Of a stretch of 64,000 bases of DNA, positions 63,074 through 64,000 are shown piece by piece (the first letter of the stretch is position 1; each line of letters starts with the position of its first letter). Origin of the DNA: Andalucia godoyi And28 (taxonomy: Eukaryota; Protista; Jakobida); NCBI GenBank assembly GCA_009859145.1, contig VRVR01000042.1:172806-236805 (forward strand), given 5' to 3'. Made by a program: the position numbers and the translations under genes. The notes under the pieces are model-generated. The model was not told the origin of the DNA. It worked only from the letters and a program-made list of their open reading frames with translations, and searched no databases.

Positions 63074-64000
63074 CTATTGCCCGAATGTTTGGACACGAAT
63101 CTTGCGATTTTCAAAGTATGACTGGGCAATGGCAATAGCATCTCTGCTCTCGATGTCCTCAGCTTTGTCGTCAGTGATGAAAACTTTGACCGGAAAGGCA
63201 CCACGGAGGAAGACATTGATATGCGACAGGAAAGCATCTGCCACAGACTGCGAACCATAGCCGCGAAGAACAAAGAGGCCGATGCGATGTTTTTCGGTGA
63301 CTTGTACTTCCGAAACGTCAGACTCGACGTTGCGGTGCGGGACATAAGGAAGACCCATCTGCTCCCAGCCCAGAGTCTTCCGCTCTGCGGTCTCCTCATT
63401 TGGTGTAAGCAGAAGAACAAAAGGCGGATCTGCGGAATCGATCTTCATGAACGCTCGGATTTTCTCGACTGGAGTGAACTGTGTTGCGATGAGCAGGGTG
63501 CACTTCAGCGGTTTCTTTTCAAACGTGTAGATGTTCATCCACTGGAATTGATGTCCTCGTTGGAGATAGAAAAAATATTGTCTGTCGCGATTGATCGTGC
63601 GGCTCCAGTCTGTAGTTCCCAACGTCCATCCGAGGCGCTGATCGGTGTTTCCCCACGTGCTCTTGTCATCCGGATCCACGGGCAAGACGTACGTGGTAAC
63701 GTTAGCGTAGTTCAGTGCCATTACGGAGATCATGAAATCCTCGCCGGTGTCTTTCGTAAACGGCTCTTCCCTAAATAACAGTGGCAGCCACGCAGCCTCC
63801 ATGAACCAGTGAGAACAGAGATAGTCCACAGGCGTCAGGGTTTTCGCCAGCAGACGCGTCCATGGATCCGGGAACATGACGCCTCCCTTCGTATAGTCAA
63901 AGTGGAACGGGAGTACGCCGTTTTCTGGGCCGGGGAGCAGCCATCCAATGGATCCAAGAACACCGCGGAACCGGGTCTTCATGGTCCGCGTTGCGTATTC
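63074..64000 (-). CDS. GT-A/GT2-like glycosyltransferase family protein, 5' part lies beyond the window
   Basis: Frame is open to the window edge. VDYLCSHWF...TGEDFMIS...YVLPVDPDDKSTWG resembles an uncharacterised plant GT2-like family. Confidence 0.6.
   Translation of the reverse strand, partial: EYATRTMKTRFRGVLGSIGWLLPGPENGVLPFHFDYTKGGVMFPDPWTRLLAKTLTPVDYLCSHWFMEAAWLPLLFREEPFTKDTGEDFMISVMALNYANVTTYVLPVDPDDKSTWGNTDQRLGWTLGTTDWSRTINRDRQYFFYLQRGHQFQWMNIYTFEKKPLKCTLLIATQFTPVEKIRAFMKIDSADPPFVLLLTPNEETAERKTLGWEQMGLPYVPHRNVESDVSEVQVTEKHRIGLFVLRGYGSQSVADAFLSHINVFLRGAFPVKVFITDDKAEDIESRDAIAIAQSYFENRKIRVQTFGQ

Overview
This is gene-dense, intron-poor eukaryotic nuclear DNA from an aerobic, flagellated protist (inferred from DRC7, an ODA-docking-like coiled-coil protein and COX5B). 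It holds about 24 protein-coding genes. Only three spliceosomal introns (GTATG...AG) were found, and microsatellites are abundant. Housekeeping genes include a mitochondrial carrier, Beclin/Atg6, ASF1, a Rad5-like SNF2-RING helicase, eIF5, an SK-type K+ channel, TBCC, COX5B, DRC7 and a RAD51B-like paralog. Four features stand out. (1) Five intergenic, internally deleted copies, in two subfamilies, of an IS607/Fanzor2(TnpB)-type element. They retain TnpB HTH, zinc-finger and RuvC-III remnants, a probable TnpA N-terminal remnant, a conserved omegaRNA-like 3' end and CCG|...CG junctions. (2) A stand-alone 2324-aa TE-A-T-KS-AT-KR-T NRPS-PKS with BurA-like architecture and an aromatic, non-amino-acid A-domain pocket. 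(3) A double-guide box C/D snoRNA in the eIF5 intron, complementary to 18S rRNA. (4) A probably domesticated MULE/SWIM transposase gene. All calls come from motif recognition by eye; no database searches were run.
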